Shown piece after piece: positions 18,363 through 20,000 of a stretch of DNA of 20,000 bases. Location: the NCBI GenBank assembly GCA_001661245.1, contig KV454014.1:877606-897605 (forward strand), in the 5' to 3' direction. The DNA comes from Pachysolen tannophilus NRRL Y-2460 (Eukaryota). The notes under the pieces were generated by a model, which was not told the DNA's origin, searched no databases, and saw only the letters and a list, made by a program, of their open reading frames with translations. The position numbers and the translations under genes were made by a program. The first letter of the stretch is position 1, and the number at the start of each line of letters is the position of its first letter.

Positions 18363-19379
18363 ATGGTGATTATTAGGCCAAGGTTCAGTTTCACTTTCTC
18401 CAGGAAAGTGTCAACCATAATCAACTCTATGACAATTGGTAGACCGGCGGAGATGGGTCCAAACATATTTCGCTTAACGCATGCTGATGCAAAAGAGTTA
18501 CCAGTTGAGAAAGTCGTTGATTTATACTTCAAGAAATATTTGCCTATCTCTTCATGTCTTCCAACCCCTTTAAATAGACCTCAAGAACCATTAATATTTA
18601 TTCCGGGTTTATTTGGATCGACAAAGATGTATAAAAAGGAAATTCAAAGATTATGTAACTTGTTGAATATCCCAGTGTACGCAGTAGATTTAAGAAGTCA
18701 TGGCCAAAGCAAATATGCCTTACCGTTAAGTTTTAATGCATATGTTTCTGATATGGTGGCATTTATGAAACAACAAGGTATTGAGAGACTGAATGTTTCT
18801 GGATTTTCATTGGGAGGCAAAGTTGCAATGGCATTAGCATTAAAACATCCAGAACTAGTTTCAAAAACTTTAGTCGTTGATATTTCACCGGCAACACAAA
18901 TTCATTTAAGTCCAATGATTGATTCATTTATTAAAGGTTTAACCCATGTTGTTGAAGATGCTGGTATTAATTCAAAAGATAAAGATTGGTTTGAACAAGC
19001 AGACAACGCATTAGAAAAACATGTTCCTCATAAACCTACAAGAAGATACTTGTTGAATACTAATTTACTAAGAGAGCATCCAGTTAAGAAAGATGGTAAA
19101 GTTCATTTGAAATGTGCACTATATCATTTCAAATCTTCTGAAATTCTTGGCTGGCCAGAAGATGAATTTAAAGGTAAAACATATTTAGGTCCTGTTTTAT
19201 TTCTCAAAGCAAAACACTCTGATTTTATTCAAGATTCTCATATGGATCAAATAGAGCAATATTTTCCAAATTACGAAATTAGGGAAGTAAATACCTACCA
19301 TTTAATTCCGAATGAGAGACCAGATTTTCTCATTCAAAATTTTGCAAATTTTATTGGAAAGAAAGAAAGTTCATTTTAA
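18363..19379 (+). CDS. EAT1: Eat1-like ethanol acetyltransferase/esterase (alpha/beta-hydrolase, ABHD11/Imo32-related), probably mitochondrial, 338 aa
   Basis: KELPVEKVVDL...EPLIFIPGLFGS...PVYAVDLRSHGQSKYALP, nucleophile elbow GFSLGGK, Asp in VVDISP and His in TYHLIPNERP. As recalled, these fit Eat1 (GYSLGAK, HFILNERP) better than Imo32 (GHSMG). The N-terminus is rich in Arg, Ser and Phe and lacks acidic residues. Confidence 0.8.
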   Translation: MVIIRPRFSFTFSRKVSTIINSMTIGRPAEMGPNIFRLTHADAKELPVEKVVDLYFKKYLPISSCLPTPLNRPQEPLIFIPGLFGSTKMYKKEIQRLCNLLNIPVYAVDLRSHGQSKYALPLSFNAYVSDMVAFMKQQGIERLNVSGFSLGGKVAMALALKHPELVSKTLVVDISPATQIHLSPMIDSFIKGLTHVVEDAGINSKDKDWFEQADNALEKHVPHKPTRRYLLNTNLLREHPVKKDGKVHLKCALYHFKSSEILGWPEDEFKGKTYLGPVLFLKAKHSDFIQDSHMDQIEQYFPNYEIREVNTYHLIPNERPDFLIQNFANFIGKKESSF

Positions 19380-20000
19380 AAATATTATAACGAAATACAT
19401 ATAATACTTTTATTTATTTTTTTTTTTTTTTTTCTTTGGCTTTTCTTATACTGGAGTTTTCTTTTCCTTCTACTTAATGATTATTTGTTTAAATTTTTTC
19501 AGCCTAATTTATTATATATCAGTATTTAATTATGCATTTGAATCAAAAACTCGCTGTAAATACAAAATGTTCATTCTAAATACAGAATCTTTTGTCTTTG
19601 CCATTTTACCAAACATTTGGTTCCTCTCTCTCTCAGGGAGAAATTCAGAGTTAAAAAAAAAAAAAAAAANAAAAAAAAACAGCCAGATTATCTGTTTGTT
19701 AAAACGTTAATTATTATATTAGATCAGTACTATAGAGCATTGCCATTAATAAATTAGAAATAAGATTTAAAACTTAAGGGTATTATTCTGTCTATTGGAA
19801 TTGGATCACATTATTTTTTTTCACAAATTAATTAATACAACAAAATAAAAATCAATAGATAAAACAAACTTATTTCCGCTAAAAAAATTTTAGTTAATCT
19901 GAGATATCAATTATTGAAACTGTGGTTGAACCAAAGGAAAAAATAATTTCCCTCACAATTAATGTATAGAAGTCCTTGTTTATTTGAATGGTTGTTCTTG

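Noticed and set aside
19477..19710. 77-aa ORF containing an N at 19670
   Set aside because: Low-complexity 3' flank; the N is an ambiguous base within a poly(A) run.

Overview
AT-rich eukaryotic DNA from a budding yeast (Saccharomycotina); CTG codon placement hints at a CUG-reassigned lineage, but the evidence is mixed. There are seven protein-coding genes in this order: URA2 (minus strand, 5' part only, missed by the ORF track because its stop lies outside the window), AIM11-like (+, one intron), a 282-aa Iec3-like INO80 subunit in the syntenic position of S. cerevisiae IES5 (+), TSC11/AVO3 Rictor (-), MET6 (+), SHP1/UBX1 (+, one intron) and an Eat1-like alpha/beta-hydrolase (+). I found no tRNA, rRNA, mobile element or CRISPR array. 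The most notable signals are: (1) the Iec3-like protein may link the Iec3 and Ies5 families; (2) the TSC11-MET6 intergenic region holds two nested inverted-repeat structures and same-strand motif arrays; (3) URA2 has a long ATG-free leader with a TATA box, a pure pyrimidine tract and one or two 5'-UTR introns; (4) CUG may not encode Leu. All homolog comparisons are from memory, not database searches.
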